From: Wallemia ichthyophaga EXF-994
Lineage: Eukaryota; Fungi; Basidiomycota
NCBI RefSeq assembly: GCF_000400465.1
Contig: NW_008806274.1
Location: 660,244 to 692,243, forward strand
DNA length: 32,000 nt
Direction: 5' to 3'
In this document: positions 30,347-32,000 of the stretch, one piece after another
How positions within the stretch are numbered: position 1 is the stretch's first letter
How the letters are laid out: each line of letters opens with the position of its first letter
Program-made: the position numbers and the translations under genes
The notes under the pieces: generated by a model
Database searches by the model: none
Told to the model about the DNA's origin: nothing
What the model saw: the letters and a program-made list of their open reading frames with translations, nothing else

Positions 30347-31296
30347 ATGGCAGCGTGCAGGAGACTATCAGAATTCCACAGCATAGAGACTTTTAAAGTG
30401 AGTTTTAATGGCTTTCAAATGCCTCACCACCTAACACCCCTGAAGCGTCTTGAAACTAACAAAAAATCCCTCAAGTCACTCGCAATAGTCGCGTCGATAA
30501 TCCTATTCAACCTCTTGAAGGCTATCAAATCAGCTCTCACATCCGACAACATCTTCGCAAAGCTTCCTATAAACGTATCACAGCCACTCCTCGAAAATGT
30601 TTACAACCCGAACAATGACGTTAGTTTATCGACTTTCTTTTCCCGTCTAAATAGCTTCGATTTGCGTTTGCAGTATGTCAGATGGGGCGATAGGGCAGCG
30701 CGACAATGCACGTGGTGCTCTCCTCAAAGTGGTCTTGATTTTGCCTTGGAATCATTTAGTGGTACTTTTGCACCATACGTGATCACATTCACTGCCCTTT
30801 TATTCTACATAGAGCTTCAACACAAGCTGCACCTTGGTAAACCACTTTTCATGCTGCTTTCGGGGGCCTTCCTTGCTCATTTCATCGCTTTGGTGGCGTA
30901 CGACACCCGTCCAAACCCCAATTTTCCTCCGACTATAGTGGGTTGACGGGTAAATCTCAAAAACGCTCTATCTGACACTAACCCCAGTTAGCTGACGTGT
31001 TGAAAGTACTCAGCTATGTTTTCTTGACTGCTATGTCCTCTTACACGCTATCAGTCAAGCCCAACAAGTACTACTCGTCTCCTCCAGATGCAATAAATCT
31101 CCTCAAACCAATAGTAGTTCCCCAAAAAGCTCTCCTCACATCCATCAAAGCACTCAATATAACCAATGAAGCCAGAAGAACACTCAACCTGAACCGCAAA
31201 GTACCCACTGAGAGGATCAAGAAGAGCTCAGATGTAGCGACATACCAAGTCATTGAAAATGAGGCTGATCGGCTTATTGATGCATTTGGTTTGTGA
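30347..31296 (+). CDS. Hypothetical multi-pass fungal membrane protein
   Basis: Exons 30347-30397, 30446-30937, 30988-31296 with canonical splice sites. Motif RLNSFDLRLQYVRWG..ARQCTWC followed by three hydrophobic segments. Confidence 0.75.
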
Positions 31297-31370
31297 GTAA
31301 AGTAGTAGTCGAAATCTGTAATATATTGTACTTAGAATTACACACTAAAAATACATCTTGTATAACACTA

Positions 31371-32000
31371 TCAATGGTCATCCTCGTCAAATCCAGGACA
31401 GTTTTCATTCATGTCTTGTTTTGACTGATATTTGCAGCCGCTGTGAGATGTTATTGTGAAGTATGATCCGAAAAATTACCTACTCACCACCAAAAGCAGT
31501 AGGAGTGCACTTCTCTGGCGTATTCTTGGGTGAATCTCAATCTGACAATAGGCTGAGTTTGTTAGCTTGATTGATGTGGACAATTTCACCTCACATCCAG
31601 CTTTATAAAGTCTTTGCATTGCTGAACCACCTCCGGATCTACGTCGCTAATGTTTTCGACACTGTTATCGTTCACGTCTTCATCAATGTCCTCATTGCGC
31701 AGTTTATCATGCTGCATCTGCTCCTTCAGTTGTTTGGCTAGTGACTCGTTGTTGTAGGTATGCTGGACCGGCTGTACATCTTCCGAGAGAATGAAAGGTG
31801 GATAGGTGTCTACGTCGTATGGATTGATCCAAAACACGTTGAACTAGTGAGCATGAGCGTGAGAGGTGAGATGTGAGTATAACAATCGTACAATCACACA
31901 CACCTTAATCTCTAAATCCTCGTCTGCATTCTTGATTGTAGTTCTCAGTTGTCTCAGCACGCCTTCTGATTTACGTGCGTTAGCTTCGAATGTCTTGCGG
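31371..32000 (-). CDS. G-patch/DUF4187 protein (GPATCH11/Cmg1-like), 3' part only
   Basis: Spliced C-terminus DPIVRLRFTQEYAREVHSYCFWCGCKYQSKQDMNENCPGFDEDDH* (three introns in view). The YCFWCG...CPG..E.DH end is characteristic of DUF4187. The G-patch itself is outside the window. Confidence 0.8.

Noticed and set aside
1-32000. Transposons, CRISPR arrays, rRNA/snRNA genes, secondary-metabolite or horizontally acquired clusters
   Set aside because: No transposase/RT/integrase motifs, terminal repeats, spacer arrays or recognisable structural-RNA signatures seen by eye; the gene content is eukaryotic housekeeping.

Overview
Very gene-dense fungal nuclear DNA. Spliceosomal GT-AG introns are mostly 45-57 bp and intergenic gaps are often under 150 bp. 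The proteins look basidiomycete-like and the compactness suggests a Wallemia-type genome (inference, not verified). I can support about 25 protein-coding genes and one intron-containing tRNA-Met(CAT). In order: SreA/Urbs1-type iron GATA factor (partial), PABA synthase, choline-phosphate cytidylyltransferase, LAMTOR5-like protein, Cab4-like PPAT, GPI-anchored chitin deacetylase, a disordered hypothetical, Gfo/Idh/MocA oxidoreductase, dual-specificity phosphatase, mitochondrial RNA polymerase, ATPase inhibitor IF1, ATP synthase subunit h, Rae1/Gle2, Byr4/Bfa1, a putative membrane orphan, tRNA-Met, Not3/5, Ina17-like, LYRM5/ETFRF1-like, Pex11-family, Snd2/TMEM208, mitoribosomal bL19m, two hypotheticals and a G-patch/DUF4187 protein (partial). 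Two real genes (LYRM5-like, bL19m) are absent from the ORF track and were assembled by hand from splice sites. I found no mobile element, CRISPR array, rRNA or convincing novel multi-gene system. The best leads are regulatory or architectural: GATA sites clustered in the iron-GATA factor's own intron and promoter, a head-to-head IF1/subunit-h pair with a palindromic element, a CCT lacking its membrane-sensing domain, and extremely short divergent and convergent spacings. All family calls come from motif recognition by eye; no database search was run.
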